Shown: positions 1 to 13,657, counted from the first letter of the whole stretch. The stretch is 63,345 nt of DNA, filler included, from Rhabdomonas costata (GCA_019059605.1; 47 parts of 47 records of this genome joined end to end with filler, not necessarily neighbours in it); one strand, 5' to 3'. Numbers and translations: made by a program. The notes: generated from the letters alone by a model not told the origin.

Positions 1-1250
1 GGGAGGCCTGATGTATATACAAAAGACCCCAGGCCTGCTTCGGCTTAGCCCTCATTTTTCCCCGGTGAGATTGGAACTTGAACTTCCTTGAATTTTGGGT
101 GCGGCACAGTTGAAAGTCTTTTTTATGTCGAGCTGCAGCTACGCTTGTTCTCAAGTCCCCTCAGCGAGCCAGAGGTGAAATTTTCTGGCCTCCGGTGCGT
201 CGAGATGTACACCCACCACTGACTCCGAATTTGCTCATCTTCACGTATCGCCATTTTTCTTCCACGAATTTTTAGGGAGCTACGCCTTGCACAAATTCTG
301 AACCACGCTTCCGCTAGACAAAGTGCTTGCGACTGCTGTGGGTGTGTAGAAGTCACCTCTGCTGAGAGGGACCCACTTCCGCGGGTCGTTTCACCTCTCG
401 CCGGTCTGCAAATCGGATACGGCTCTTTTATTTTAAATTGTCTCCATTGAGGGTCCACGTTGAGAGTGATTTTTATGGACATAATCAGAGATTCATGGGG
501 AGCCCTCAAAAAGCGGTTACTTGTCCCTCCGGCTGCACCAAGTGAGTGCACAAAGCTCACGTTAGCGGCTTGGCCGCTCGTTTCACCCTTAAGACTTTCA
601 GAGCAGTCCGATGTCCGAAGGAGAGAGTGTGTAGACGTTCATCTGGGGGTGGCCATTGTCGAAGTGGACTGAGAGACCCTGCATGTAGCCTTTCTGTTGG
701 TAGAGTAATTTTTCCTTTTGGCGTTTTATTTGGCCCTCTCGTCAAGGTCACCAATGGTCCTGCTATGCTTTTTTACACACCCGCTCTGCCAAGGAAAGGT
801 CACTTGCACCGCGGGCCGGCAAGGTTCCGGTTCACATGTTTCCATTGTACATTCCTGTCAACGGCGACCTTTGCTTTATCCTCGGCTGCCCCTTTGCTAG
901 GAGCCACCCAGCCGACCACGCAGCTGCGGACGGGCCACGTTGTGCGTATTGTGCCCGGTGTGCATGGCAGTCCCTGAGGCATGGCAAAACAGGGCGTGGT
1001 CCCCGGAGTTGCCGTGCAACCGCAGCAGGTCGCACCCGCAAAAGAAGACCAACGCGGAAGCGGGCAAGGGCCTGGAGCTCATCCGCAGCACAGGTGGTGC
1101 TGCCGGCGAGCCGCTGTACGCGCCAGGATATAACTGCGAAGGTTCACCAGACGGTTGGAAGCTTCCCGGTCGAAAGACTTCCCAACGCCTCTTGATCAGC
1201 CCAAGTTTATTGCGTCCCCCCCCCCCCCAAAAGAAAAGACACACACCGGG

Positions 1251-1350
1251 NNNNNNNNNNNNNNNNNNNNNNNNNNNNNNNNNNNNNNNNNNNNTTAATT
1301 AATTAANNNNNNNNNNNNNNNNNNNNNNNNNNNNNNNNNNNNNNNNNNNN
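1251..1350. other. Artificial contig linker N44-TTAATTAATTAA-N44 (first of 46, about every 1.35 kb; last at 61996-62095)
   Basis: The same 100-nt spacer recurs throughout. Its palindromic core puts stops in all six frames. The intervening contigs are all about 1243-1280 nt. Confidence 0.99.
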
Positions 1351-3624
1351 TTGTGGGGGGAGGGGAGGCAGCAGGGAGAGCAGAATGGTGAGCTCCAGCG
1401 CCGCGATAAATCCGAACTCCGAGGCTTTCCTGCTGAAAAGAATTCTACACTGGAACATGTTGCCAAAGTAAGTAAGCCTTTGCTTGAACCAGGTGTTCTC
1501 GCGTTCCCACATTCAGACACCGGCCGTGTAGCTCCGCTGCGCTGCCGCCTGCGCTCCTAATTTAAACATTCCACTCAGTCATCAACCCAAGCAAGCCCTT
1601 GTCCGGCGAAGAGCCACTCCCTGAAATACACTGAAATACAGGTCACGCTCGGAAACAGTTAAATTCATTTGATTTTTCTAACCATGCAGGATGCAGTGGC
1701 AGTTTTGGACCACATCTGCCCAAGGATGAATATTCTTTCTCACATTTATGTGATCTGGTCGTGATATACGGCGTTGCCCTGACAGTTTTCTGTTATAACT
1801 GGTGAACTTCACCCGTAGTAATCGTTCCCATCGAAGGACTATTCCCAAGGTGGATCTCGCACGCATGCTTAGCTGCCAGGCAGAATTCCTCTACTGGAAG
1901 GCAGGCTTGTTGACGTAATTTGGACAATTTGCTTGGTAACAACCATTCCTCTCTGGGTCGACCCAAGACGAAGAAGGACCACCGCATCAAGATCCACACG
2001 TGGTGGCTTCTGCTGCAACACGAGATGCAAATCCGTGAGAGATAGGCGGAGGCAAGAACACTCTTTAATTCGGAAGGAACGAAAAGACAGGAATGGCATG
2101 CAGAACCGGTGCCACCGAGGCGAATTAGGTCACCCCAGAAAGAGAAACTATCTTGTTCTCAACACAGTACCTTCGGGCCGTTTGACACAACGAGAACGAC
2201 GAATCAGGCAAAAAACACTCGCAGGCCTTTTGATAACCGAAGTGTTTGTAGGCAGGTGTAGCACATAGACAAAGACACACACACACAACACAGTCACACA
2301 TAGGTGGGGGAGGGAAGCGGCAGTGGAGATGTAAAAAAGAGGCGGCACTTCCTTTGCACCCCCTCCCGCTTCTACTTTCTTTTTCGGTGCAATATTAAGG
2401 CCGATGAGATGGAAAAAAGGCAGCGCGCAGTGTCGGACGCGTAATTATGAATACAAATGAATACAAATACAAGTAGGGCGCTGCGCGCCGAGTGCAGCGC
2501 TAAGGGTTCCCGAACGAAAAGGGCATCTGCTCATCCCAATATGGATTACATCCCCTCTGCAGACCCCTCCCCCCGGTTCGCCGCTATTGCAACCAAACCN
2601 NNNNNNNNNNNNNNNNNNNNNNNNNNNNNNNNNNNNNNNNNNNTTAATTAATTAANNNNNNNNNNNNNNNNNNNNNNNNNNNNNNNNNNNNNNNNNNNNT
2701 TGTTGTGTTGTGTGTGTGTGTGTTGGGGATGGGGGGGCACGCTGTGTGTTATAATAATGTTGTGGACGGCTGCGGACCTTCGGAGCGAATGAATGTGTTC
2801 TTTGTCGGTTCACCCACTCACAACCTGAAGATGTGCGTGTTCATGTCTGTGTGCGTGTGGATGGGTGTGCACACGTGATAACTGATGTATTCAATATGGC
2901 GGTTGGAATGCTGAACACTGACCAAGTCGCATCCTTTCTTCCGGTGTGGGAATCAAAGCTAACAATTTCCCACATAATCGGGGCTGATTTTGGTTGTTTT
3001 GGACTCCGTTCTGTCGGGGTGTGGGTGTGAGGTATAAATATTGGGAAACAAAACTGAGTTGCAGCAGTCAGCAGGGGTGACATGACTATATGACTTCATG
3101 TTTCGAGCTCAAACTGTGGTACCCCATCGCGCTGTCAAGAAGAAACCGAAAAAAAAACGAAGGAGTTGGGGATGACATCGAACATAAGCCCAAGGAAGCG
3201 AAGCAATATTAAGCAACCTTTGTGAACACCGCGGCAGCCAGGCCGTACGCCGAGTCGTTGGCCCGGGCAACCACCTCCTCCTCCGTCTTGAACTTAAGCG
3301 CGCAGGCGACAGGTCTGGGACCAGCACAAGGGCAATGTCGGGCAAAGAAGCACAAGACACAGATTGGCCATGAAAGAATTCAGCGAACCATAGGACGCCC
3401 CAACCTGAGCAGTTCGTGGGTGTGGTTGGAGGGTGGACGTGCGGCGGCACCCCCTCTGAGACTTATGCACACTAAACTTGTGGGAGTCAGATACTCACTG
3501 CTCTGCCGGGCACGAAGAAAGTAGCGCCACCGGCCGACTTACACGAATGAATGGACTCTTCCCCAACGAGCCAAAACAGCGGGAGAGCTGAGCTTGCCTT
3601 GAAAAGCAGAAAAGAAGCGCGGAC

Positions 3625-3797
3625 CCAAAGATTTCCTCCTTGGCGCACGTGTGGTCATCCGACACGTTGGTGAACAGGGTAGGGCTGATGAAGTAGCCCT
3701 GGGTGCCCACCCGCTCCCCGCCGCACTCCACCTTCGCGCCCTGCTTCTTGCCCTCTTCGATGTACCCCAGGATCTTCTTGAACTGGATCTCGTCCAC
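3625..3797 (-). CDS. Aldehyde dehydrogenase, internal exon
   Basis: Translates as [58 protein letters not shown], including the ALDH EEIFGP motif. Borders are tctcag| and |gtccgc. Confidence 0.93.
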
Positions 3798-3893
3798 CTG
3801 AGACCGACCCACCACACTCGCAGAGTCACAACGCTTGCGACCAGATCAGCATTCACCCCCAAGGTCAAGGCACTCCCGAAGCAGACTTCGCTC

Positions 3894-3949
3894 AACCACA
3901 ACCACAACCACAACCACAACCACTACCACAACCACAACCACAACCAACC
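3894..3949 (+). repeat. (AACCAC)n microsatellite at contig end
   Basis: About 9 near-perfect hexamer copies. Confidence 0.9.
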
Positions 3950-4049
3950 NNNNNNNNNNNNNNNNNNNNNNNNNNNNNNNNNNNNNNNNNNNNTTAATTA
4001 ATTAANNNNNNNNNNNNNNNNNNNNNNNNNNNNNNNNNNNNNNNNNNNN

Positions 4050-5090
4050 AGGCCCAGCTGCGGGCCTTCGCCAGCACCTTCGCCAGCTGCGTGGGCGCAG
4101 GCGGCGGAGGCCATCGGTGCTGCTCCCAGGACCTGCAGGAAAAATTAAGGGAGGAGGTGAGCCGGGCGGAGAGGATCATTGACCACTTGAAGTCCCTGCG
4201 GAAGTCCCTGTGCCCCGTACGTGCCTCTTCGCACAGTGCATACACAGTTACACATTTGTCAACGAACTATTCGCTTGACACGACGCACATCAACTTAGTG
4301 GGCAGAAAAATCCTGAGAGAGCCCAATCCAGCAAATGGTAAGGACAGCAACAGGCTTCTAAACAATCATATTGGACCCCAGCCCTGCTGGAGGTTGCATC
4401 TGCTATGCTACAGAATGTCCATTTCATGAAATGTTACAAAAAAAATTCTGCCAACATTTGGTACAGCTTCCTTTGGACGCATTCTTGATGATGGCGACTC
4501 CCCTGCAAGCCCAAGACCAGCTTCTGAAGACGGGCTACGAATGTCCTGAGCCGCAGCCTGTGGACCCTGAGAAACTCAGCCGGTCGGAACGGGCGCTTCT
4601 CCAGGAGGTTTGCCTCCCTGTGTGCTTTTCTTTGGGTCGCTACTGCTTGAACAACACAACATTTCTGGGAAAAGGAAGGAAGGATTTTTGCGGGGACCAA
4701 CAGCTGGGTATCGTCCAAGGTTGTCTGGAGACTCAGCGGGTTTGTCCGATGCTGATTTTTCTGCTGTGGCTGAGGCCTGCAGCGAAAATCCGCTGTGTAG
4801 GGACCATGGCAATGAGAAAGTGGGGAAGGGCAATGTGCGCCGAAGAGATCTCCAGAGAGGTTCTCCAGTATCCGGACAAAGTGTCTCTGAAAGCATATAC
4901 CAAACTCGAAAAAGGGCCATCAGTTTGGAAAAAGTACAACCATGCGAGTTCTCGCAAGCAAGATTTCGCCCGTTTCCGTTTCTCCCCTGATGTGATGAGA
5001 TCTCATGAAGAGTTTCTAATACTGTGTATGATGTATGTGATGCAGTCAAAGAATCCGAAATGGCGAAACGGCGAAATGGGACAAAAATAG
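4050..5090 (+). CDS. Hypothetical multi-exon gene fragment; exon structure uncertain
   Basis: Protein-like segments in alternating frames (QDLQEKLREEVSRAERIIDHLKSLRK; ISREVLQYPDKVSLKAYTKLEKG) are separated by possible short GT-AG introns. No family recognised. Confidence 0.3.
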
Positions 5091-5920
5091 GACAAACCAA
5101 TTGACAATTGATTACGAATGGCGGGGGCCCCTAAGCAGAGCGTGGAACTGGGTCTAACATAAGGCTGAAGGTGAATTGCTTCCCAAACGTCGCGAAGGAT
5201 TGTTCTGCCATTAAAGAAAGCCGAACCCGAGACCCCACGAGACAAGCCATGGTAAAGCACAACGTAGCATCATGAAGAATATAAACCACACCCAACACAN
5301 NNNNNNNNNNNNNNNNNNNNNNNNNNNNNNNNNNNNNNNNNNNTTAATTAATTAANNNNNNNNNNNNNNNNNNNNNNNNNNNNNNNNNNNNNNNNNNNNT
5401 TTTTTGGGTGGACTGTTGCGACGGCGGCGCACTACTGTGCTGGGATGACTCCGGAAGGTCTCCGCAGCTATCATCGTCATCTTCATCGTCGTCCTCGTCC
5501 TCGTGGCGGCAGTTGTTTTCACCGCGGGGTCCAAAGGCGCTGGTAGGTGGACAAAATATAGAGCTCCGTTCGGAACTCACAGTGGTGCGGGAGGACGGCC
5601 ACTCAGAAGTTGAAGAGGAACGGGCAACAGGTGCACTGAGGTGGGTGTGTTCCAGCCCTGGGTGCGCAGCCTGGGCTTGAGTCCGCCTGTCAGTCGCGAG
5701 GGGAGGTGGCTGGGGTTGTGTTGCAGACCAAATACAAGCGCTTCAAGGATTTCCAAGGATTTCTACCTCTTGGTGCCACCTCAAGTGCCATTGCGAAAAC
5801 CGAGGGTTCCAAACCCGCAAACCCGCAATAATAAGTACAATGAGTGCACATTGAGGGGCAACAGGGAAATCAATGGCAATCAACGGCACGATACGGTTGC
5901 ACCGGTCTATGTTGTACGTT

Positions 5921-5970
5921 GGCACTCGTAGGCACTCGTAGGCACTCAGGAGGCACTCGTAGGCACTCGC
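5921..5970 (+). repeat. 10-bp tandem repeat (GGCACTCGTA), about 5 copies
   Basis: ggcactcgta ggcactcgta ggcactcagga ggcactcgta ggcactcgc. Confidence 0.9.
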
Positions 5971-8574
5971 GCTACCTGGGAAGAGAGTCCTCCCCTGGTG
6001 CGAGAACTACGGCCGGGGCGAGGGGCCGCGCAGGGCACAGCCGCGAGGTGCTGCAAGGGTGGGGGCAGAGCTGGGGCCCTGGTGCAGAAACGGTACGAGT
6101 CTGCGCGGGAACGTGCGGGGAAGCCGGAATGAATTGGGGAAGCGGCGGTGTCGTAGAGCAGGGGCCAGAAGAACCTCTGTAGAGTGAGGACAATCCAAAT
6201 ATGCAAAAGATCAGATGAGGCCACAAAAAAGCGATCATCAGAAGCGAATATAAACATGGAAGGTAGAATGTGTAACATTGGTGCATTAAACTCGTCTCAT
6301 TGCAAACGAACATACAGCGACACTGCTCCCCAAAGGGCATTATTATGTGCAACACCAACGAAGGACCCTTTATGCACACCCATACGACGCAAACGGGACC
6401 CGTTATACATTTACACAGGCCCCGGGGGTGCCAAACATGAAATAATATCATCCGCATGTGTCAGAAACGCACAACGAAAGCACAAGTGAGGATACCGAAA
6501 GTGATCGCGGCTCGCAAGCTGCATCATTCCATTGTCAGAGAAGCTGCTTGAGAGGAGCCGCGCCGGCGGGCCTCCGTCGGAATCCCTGAAGAAAGACAGC
6601 ACCATAACCACTAACGCCTTACAACCCCCAACCCAAACACACCCACCACNNNNNNNNNNNNNNNNNNNNNNNNNNNNNNNNNNNNNNNNNNNNTTAATTA
6701 ATTAANNNNNNNNNNNNNNNNNNNNNNNNNNNNNNNNNNNNNNNNNNNNGGTGGTGTGGGGTGGAATAGAGAAGAAACGCGAAAGAAGGGAAAGAAGAGG
6801 GGAAAGAAGAGGGGAACCCGACAAAAACCTCACGACAAAAACCAGAGCCCTGATAATGCTTCTCCTACTCTTGCTCAAATCAACAATGCTGTGTGTAGTA
6901 TAGCAAGGGAGGGGGGGACCAGGGACCAGGAAACTGTCCCCCGTCGTGGGGTGCGCTACTTAAGCTGGGGCATATTACTGAGTTACCGTAAACAAAAAAA
7001 CAAAAACAAAAATTGCTCTCAGCATCGCCTTTTTCTGGGGATTTTAAGGAATAGATGGCACTGGGCGACCACCACGCGAAGCCAAGCGCAGATCTCCGCG
7101 CAGAAATGGTCCTTTTAAGAGCCCCAGCTCGAGAATAGCAAAGGACAATGCGTAAAACAGGGCATGCCGGGCGTGTGGGCAGCTCCGAGGTTGAGCTCCA
7201 GGCATGGGCCGTGCTTGACCGCCCCACGTGCCGCGGGGACCGAGATCCGCGGGACTGCTTCCGGGACTGCGGGGCCACCCTGAGCAGCTCCTGGGTGCAC
7301 CGAGGGGTGCAGATGCCCTCGGGATCGGAGAGAGCGGTGGAGGGGCACTGCCCTATCCGCTGCAGCGACCGAAAAGGAGGAACTTCTTTGTGAGAGGCTC
7401 GAGAAAAGGCAACTCCAACCACAAACCTATCTAACCCCCGAGGGAACAAATAGGACAGAGACTACTTTCCTACAACACCCGTTCTCGTCTCCATGCCGGT
7501 GTCCCTGGTACGGTTCTGTTCTGGTGATTTGAGTTCAACTTTGTTGCCCCCCGCCACCATCACTGCATATACCAGAAAGCAAGAGGTTTTGACAGTCCTG
7601 CTTTTGGCTTTGAATAAATCCTTTCAACTGCTGGCGACATTTTGCCCCTGATCGAGCTTTATCCCGTGTTCATCACTGAGTGGACTCCCCTCCAGGCCTA
7701 TCTTGTTACCATGTCGGTAGAGAGAGAGAGAGAGGCGCTGGTCCGTCCGAGGCCCCGCTAGGAGCCTACCGAACATGAAAGGGGTCTCTATCGAGCTGTG
7801 TGAGGCAACGGCAGAGAATGCCAACTCGGAGGCAGGAGAGAGGCCACCGAACTCAAGGGTAAAGGAGTCTCTCGTGAGGTGAAAACGTTGAAAACAATGA
7901 AAAAAATCTTTCAACATTCGTCCTCACATGATTCATTGCCAAGGCAGCGCAGTAATGTTTCACACATTCCGTTTCTATGGCTTTCGAACAAACCCCACCN
8001 NNNNNNNNNNNNNNNNNNNNNNNNNNNNNNNNNNNNNNNNNNNTTAATTAATTAANNNNNNNNNNNNNNNNNNNNNNNNNNNNNNNNNNNNNNNNNNNNC
8101 CTCGAGGCTGCCTCACCGACTCTTTGCCCTGGTGCGTCTGCGAATACTTTGGCTTCCCGTTGGCCCTAGCATAAGGGCTTTGATTTCTTGCGAAGCTCGA
8201 TGGTCCGCTTGTACTTCTGCGCACTGTGCGCGGGTCTGCTCTAGGTGCTCCTCCCTCGGGTGCACAAACGGACACCGTTGCAACTTGCATGATATCCCGT
8301 GCCAGCATCGCACTCCAACACCGTGTGTGTGTGTGTGTGTGCGGGTGGCATGGGGGTCAATGAAGTACATGAATATGACCCAAAAAGCTGGGTGCTCGGG
8401 GAAGCCCCTTCGATGGCGCTGCAGGACTCGCCGGCTCACCTCCCGTGCCGTGCTGTCCCAGCGGTTCTCCCTCACCGATGTGGTGCCGTGTGGAAGGCCC
8501 ATACACAGATATCAAAACTCACTTCATTTGGTGAAGAGGTCCTCATGCACCCCCCCTCCCCACTCCAAATACAC

Positions 8575-8664
8575 CTCATCGATGTTCGCGTACGCGGTCT
8601 CCGCTGTGCTCAGCTCGCCGTGCTTGATCGCCAGAGCGGCCAAAATGCTCCAAAGAAAAGGCTC
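8575..8664 (-). CDS. IFT80: Intraflagellar transport protein 80, internal exon
   Basis: EPFLWSILAALAIKHGELSTAETAYANIDE matches the IFT80 C-terminal pattern W..LAA.A....TAE.AYA.I.E. The 90-nt exon is bounded by cag| and |gtgtat. Confidence 0.8.
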
Positions 8665-10305
8665 CTGTCGCCCCCACCCCCAAAGCCAACCCCTGTGCAG
8701 ACACCATAACCTGTACCATACCACTCTTTGGGTCAGAATTGAGTTGAATAGGAAGGGGCCCGCAGATGGCGAAGATGACACCAACCGCCATGAGAGCATG
8801 GTGGAATGCAATGGCCAGAAGACAGCTATGAACCTGTTATCTTTGTGAAGGTTATTACCCAGGTTCAACAGAAAAGAAATCAGCTGGGGAAAAGAGTTTT
8901 GTTGAAAATCAACCTGAACACAAAGAAGACTAAACACGGCTTCTGTGAAACTGAAACTCCGCCAGAGGACTTCTGTTCGTCCTCCAAATCAACATAAAGA
9001 ATCATCATCCAGCAGAGAGTTCGTTGTGGTGGGGCCGTCGCATCCAAGAAACGTTCGGACTTCTTTTTTTTTGACAATTTCTCATTTCTCATTTCTCACA
9101 AACCTTTGTGTTGCCCTCTGTTACACTCAATTTCAGCGAAGCGGACAGAGACCCCGCCTTTGGAATGACAAAGCTAAAGAGAGGGGAGAAATGCACAGTT
9201 ATTTTTTTTCAACAAAATGGCGAACCCGTCATTTCGGTGGCGTCTCCCTCCGGGTCAATTTTTTCGTCTTTTGTTGTCGCCAGTGCTGAGTTGAAGGGCG
9301 AGAGTACCCATGGCGAGCACGCCCAATAAAGTGGAGCAAGAAGGGGCGTNNNNNNNNNNNNNNNNNNNNNNNNNNNNNNNNNNNNNNNNNNNNTTAATTA
9401 ATTAANNNNNNNNNNNNNNNNNNNNNNNNNNNNNNNNNNNNNNNNNNNNGTTTTGTGTGGGGTGTGGCTGGGCCAACCTTGTCAGAAAAGGGCACCGAGT
9501 GAACCCACAGAAAGGCCTGGGGCACGGACTGGAACGGAAGCACGTCCACGGTAAAGCCCGTTCGGTGCAACAGCCTGAACCCGGAAACCAGGAAGTTGTG
9601 CGCCTTGTGTGCGGAATTTCGTACACACAAAAATATGTGGTTATGAAAATGAAAATAGGGTTATCCAAAGTTAAATTGTAAGGAAAATGCCAGCTCTCAA
9701 CACAGCGGAGAAAGTGAGTGTGATGGGGTCGGCAAATTGTTTCTGTTGGGTTTCAGCACACATTCGTGCCGAAAGTTGATCAAGAACGCGCGCAACGTGC
9801 CTAGCTCCCGTGGAGACCAGGTTGTTTCCATTGGTGTACACAGACAGGACTGAGAAACCCTCAAGAACTTGCCCCGGGACGAACTTCATTTGCTATTTAT
9901 CAAAAAGAGCGAAGAGCGACCAAAAAAAAAAAGGAGAAATTGAACTGCCTGAGCCGAAAAAGGAATCAAAGCATACAACTGGCCTTGCCAGGGTCCAACA
10001 AGTTACAACACCACTCTTCGTCAGGCTTACCGACGGGATCTTCGAGTATGTTGCTCACGGGAGTTCAATGGCCAATGCACCACTCAATTTGCAGGGGCAA
10101 ATGTCATTTACAAGAAACGGACACTGCAGGTACATGGAAACCATACAGTTTGAACACCGAAGCATTTCCCACACGAAAAAATCCCCGTTTTTATCGGGGA
10201 ACTTCCAGCGGACGAGAAACGAGAAGCAAAATAGATCTGCTTGAAGAACACTCCGTGTGCACTCTTTACCCCCGGGAACGGAAAAATGAAGCAACTTTCG
10301 AGGCA

Positions 10306-10538
10306 TCAAGAGAGAAAGTTTGCATCGACGACTATGCCAAAGTGATCGGACGGAAAGATAACTTCCCTTCCACCAGAAGTGCTTGCCGGCAGTGCGAGTG
10401 GTTCATTCCCAAATAGGGAGATCCCAGCCAGCTGCAGATGAGCATGGTCGATGCGGGCCATTACCCGATCGTATCGCATCTGCTCGTACTCATTCCAAGT
10501 CGCCAGCATCTTGTTGGCCTCCGTGTCAAATGTAAAGC
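10306..10538 (-). CDS. Endonuclease/exonuclease/phosphatase (TDP2-like), terminal exon
   Basis: GFTFDTEANKML...RYDRV...LFGNEP...IFPSDHFGI carries the EEP-family R.DR and SDH motifs. Acceptor ttcag|, stop TGA. Confidence 0.85.
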
Positions 10539-11120
10539 CTGAAGCCATAACAAGTGAGGTTAAATCTTCGTTTTCACAAACCATTCACGGCACCACTGTT
10601 CAGTGAAAGACCAACGTGCAAACGTTGCAAATAACAAACAGCAAATAACAAACAGCAAATAACACACACAACAAGGAACACGAAAGGGAACAAAAAAACN
10701 NNNNNNNNNNNNNNNNNNNNNNNNNNNNNNNNNNNNNNNNNNNTTAATTAATTAANNNNNNNNNNNNNNNNNNNNNNNNNNNNNNNNNNNNNNNNNNNNT
10801 CGGGAGAGCGACGTGGGCGTGTCTGTGGTGTGTGTTGGAGGGAGGGAAGAGGGCAGTGCTGTGGGGAATGTCGTCAGTGACCTGTCTCTCTCTCTCCTTC
10901 TCTGATGAATATCAATCGTATTACTTACTAATGGTCGCTTGGTCATTTGGCTCTTGAAGGGGAGGGGGCAGAAGTTGAACGTGCGAGCAACATTGACCGA
11001 AACAGCAAACTGCCGTGTTTACTAGGATTGAGCAACCGTGTGAGGAGTGCCCCTTCACCGCTGCTGGTCACCTTGTACAATGTCATCACTTTTGTTGTTG
11101 GTCCTCACCAACGCATCTTT

Positions 11121-11174
11121 GCGTGGCCTGTTACAACTGGCATACTCGCGTGGCCTGTTACAACTGGCATACTC
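11121..11174 (+). repeat. Perfect 27-bp tandem duplication
   Basis: Two copies of gcgtggcctgttacaactggcatactc. Confidence 0.9.
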
Positions 11175-12244
11175 CCATCCCGCTCCGGCAACGCTCCGGC
11201 AATGCGTCTTCCCTCCTGCTGTTGATGCCAGAGTTTTCTACTTCACCACAGCTAATCAGCAGAGCTCTTAAGTTGGGTTGCTGGCTTGCTCTCCCCGCTA
11301 CATTGGCTCAGATCAGCTCGTAGGGTTCAGTCAGGACAACACTATGGCTGCCCAATTAAGATGGGAGGGGGGGAGATGCGTGGTAAGTGATAACGGTTAC
11401 TAGTGGTGACAGAAAAACGACAAAAACATTTGCTGAGTTAAGCCTACCTAATAACACTTCCAGCAGATACGGAATGACTTTCATTCAGTGCAAGGGAGTT
11501 ACGAAAACTTTGCCAGTGTTCGCTGGATGAGCATTTTTGCTTAGCAGCTCAAAATTATTCCTCCACATCAGTGAAGTGGCGATCAGTACAGCTTACCTGG
11601 AGTGGAGAATCCCAGAATCGCCTCCGCGAGGATCCGCGCAGTGCAGATATTTTGCCGAAATGTTCTGAAACGTCTGAAACGTGGATCCAGTCATCAGCTC
11701 CTATGAGCGCGCTGCCAGTAATAAGATGATGAGGACCTGCCACTGACCGTACTGGACGCTTCATGCTCTCTCGTTCTCTGTCTCGGTGGCTGCCCTCTTC
11801 ACACCCTATCTCTCTACCTTTCCAAAGGACTTTATAGACTGACAATTTGTCAGCCTGACAAGACGTTCTGCACGCCGATGTTAGTAATCTTCATTCTTTC
11901 TTCTCACTTTTTGGTATGGCTTTGGGCTGTGGGCTGGTGGGCCCAACGTTTCCTAAGCCCAAACCCCACCACACCCCTTTTCCCCTCCCTCTCTCCCTCC
12001 CTCTCATCCAAAAGGACTCCGCGTCGTACATTGTCAGGGAGAGCTCNNNNNNNNNNNNNNNNNNNNNNNNNNNNNNNNNNNNNNNNNNNNTTAATTAATT
12101 AANNNNNNNNNNNNNNNNNNNNNNNNNNNNNNNNNNNNNNNNNNNNGGTGGTTTGTCAACTATTGGTTCATAATGACATTGTACATCTCATATATGGTGT
12201 CAAGTAAAAATCTTCCCACAGTAAAGAACCAAATTACGCGAAAA

Positions 12245-13267
12245 ATGGAACGGTTTCTTAATCTCACTTTTGACGACCTCGGAGCTCGCTACAAGGGCGA
12301 CGAATTGGCTCTTGTACACGATCTGGTTGATGCTTGACTTCGGCATGGGCCCCATTCTTGCCACAATTCTACGGTGATGATATGTGCCTCCAAGTACTGG
12401 CACTGGCGTTTCACTTCTCAAAATTGCTGCAAGACTGTGGCGGTAGTTACCGAAGACTGCTTTCTGAATGTATTTAACGACATCTACGCAGTGCTGAGGG
12501 CCACCTACATGTGATGTTTTGAGTTATCCACGTCTCCCCCACACATTATCCATCAATGTCGTTTATCCAAGCCCACTGTCACCAAGGTGATCAAGCTGTG
12601 CAGAAATGCTGTCCTTCCTGAGCGTGTGTGCCATTACCAACCAACACAACAAATTATTTGATATCGCATGGTGTTAGGAGACTTTGAACGTGTCCACTAG
12701 TGACATATGCGTGGTGGCGGTCCGTCGGAACGGATCCCTCCCTGAATACTTACTATGTTCCTCTATTTCAAAAGCTACCCAAGAGCGCTTGTAAGGACTA
12801 ATAGAGGCTGAAGAGGTTGCCATTGGCAAGAGCAAGTACAACAAAGGTCAACGACACCGCAAAGATGGCGTAGCTTGGCTGCAGACAATCTTGGAGGTCG
12901 ACGAGTCCACTGGCTGAATAGTGGCTAAGAGACTAATGGCTGACGTGGTTCCTGATTGCTCCTTCGTTACCTTTGCTTCAAATATACAGAAACATGTTTA
13001 AGGAAACTCTTCTCTCCAGACAGACGGATGTAAGGGCTACTCAGGACTTTCTTCTCTTCTTTCTTACACACACGACACTGTAATTCACTCTCAAACCTTT
13101 GTGACAAGAAAATGGGTAAAATGGTATACATCAACACTTTGGAGGGCGTCCAAGGGGTTCTGAAAACCAAAGCAAGATCTCTCAGAGTTTTTCAAGGTGT
13201 ACCAGTTTCTCATCCTTCTTTCAACTCTAGAGTTCATGAGCTGGTATTTTGGTTAAATTTGAAATGA
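12245..13267 (+). mobile_element. Decayed Merlin/IS1595 (ISXO2-like) DDE transposase with stops, a frameshift and probable introns
   Basis: Manual translation: MERFLNLTFDD...HWRFTSQNCCKTV...CRLSKPTVTKVIKLCRNAV..., then IEAEEVAIGKSKYNKGQRH...VVPDCSFVTFASNIQKHV*GNSSLQTDGCKGYSGL...YTHDTVIHSQTFV, then (frameshift) VYINTLEGVQGVLK...HELVFW. This matches the family motifs EIDE..GK.KYN.G, TD.W..Y, H..VNHS..FV and NT.E. Confidence 0.88.
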
Positions 13268-13657
13268 AAAAGGATCTTCTTTTTGTGTATTGTTTGCTTA
13301 TGGTTTCTGTAAGACACCGTGTGACTACAGAAGACGACATTTGCAAACAATACACAAAAAGAAGATCCTTTTTCATTTCAAATTTAACCAAAAACCNNNN
13401 NNNNNNNNNNNNNNNNNNNNNNNNNNNNNNNNNNNNNNNNTTAATTAATTAANNNNNNNNNNNNNNNNNNNNNNNNNNNNNNNNNNNNNNNNNNNNACTA
13501 GACTCCGGGTTTCCTTTTTGGGTTCGGTTTCAGATGGGGCGTAACGGGAAGGGCATGAGGTGAGACCGAGCTGTATTCCATGACGAATGGATGCCAGTTA
13601 CTCGTCCAGGCAGGAGTTTGCTGTTATTTGCTGTGCACAATTTTGAATTTTCTTCAG

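Noticed and set aside
1..130. snRNA or SL RNA suggested by an AATTTTGG Sm-like site
   Set aside because: No recognisable spliced-leader or U-snRNA conserved sequence; an 8-mer alone is insufficient.
1295..1306. Regularly spaced TTAATTAATTAA as a CRISPR-like or biological repeat
   Set aside because: It is always embedded in 44+44 N and is a synthetic six-frame-stop linker.
8340..8425. Kelch-like peptide GGMGVNEVHEYDPKSW on the + strand
   Set aside because: It follows a GT microsatellite with no acceptor, lies antisense within the IFT80 intron region, and is too short to trust.
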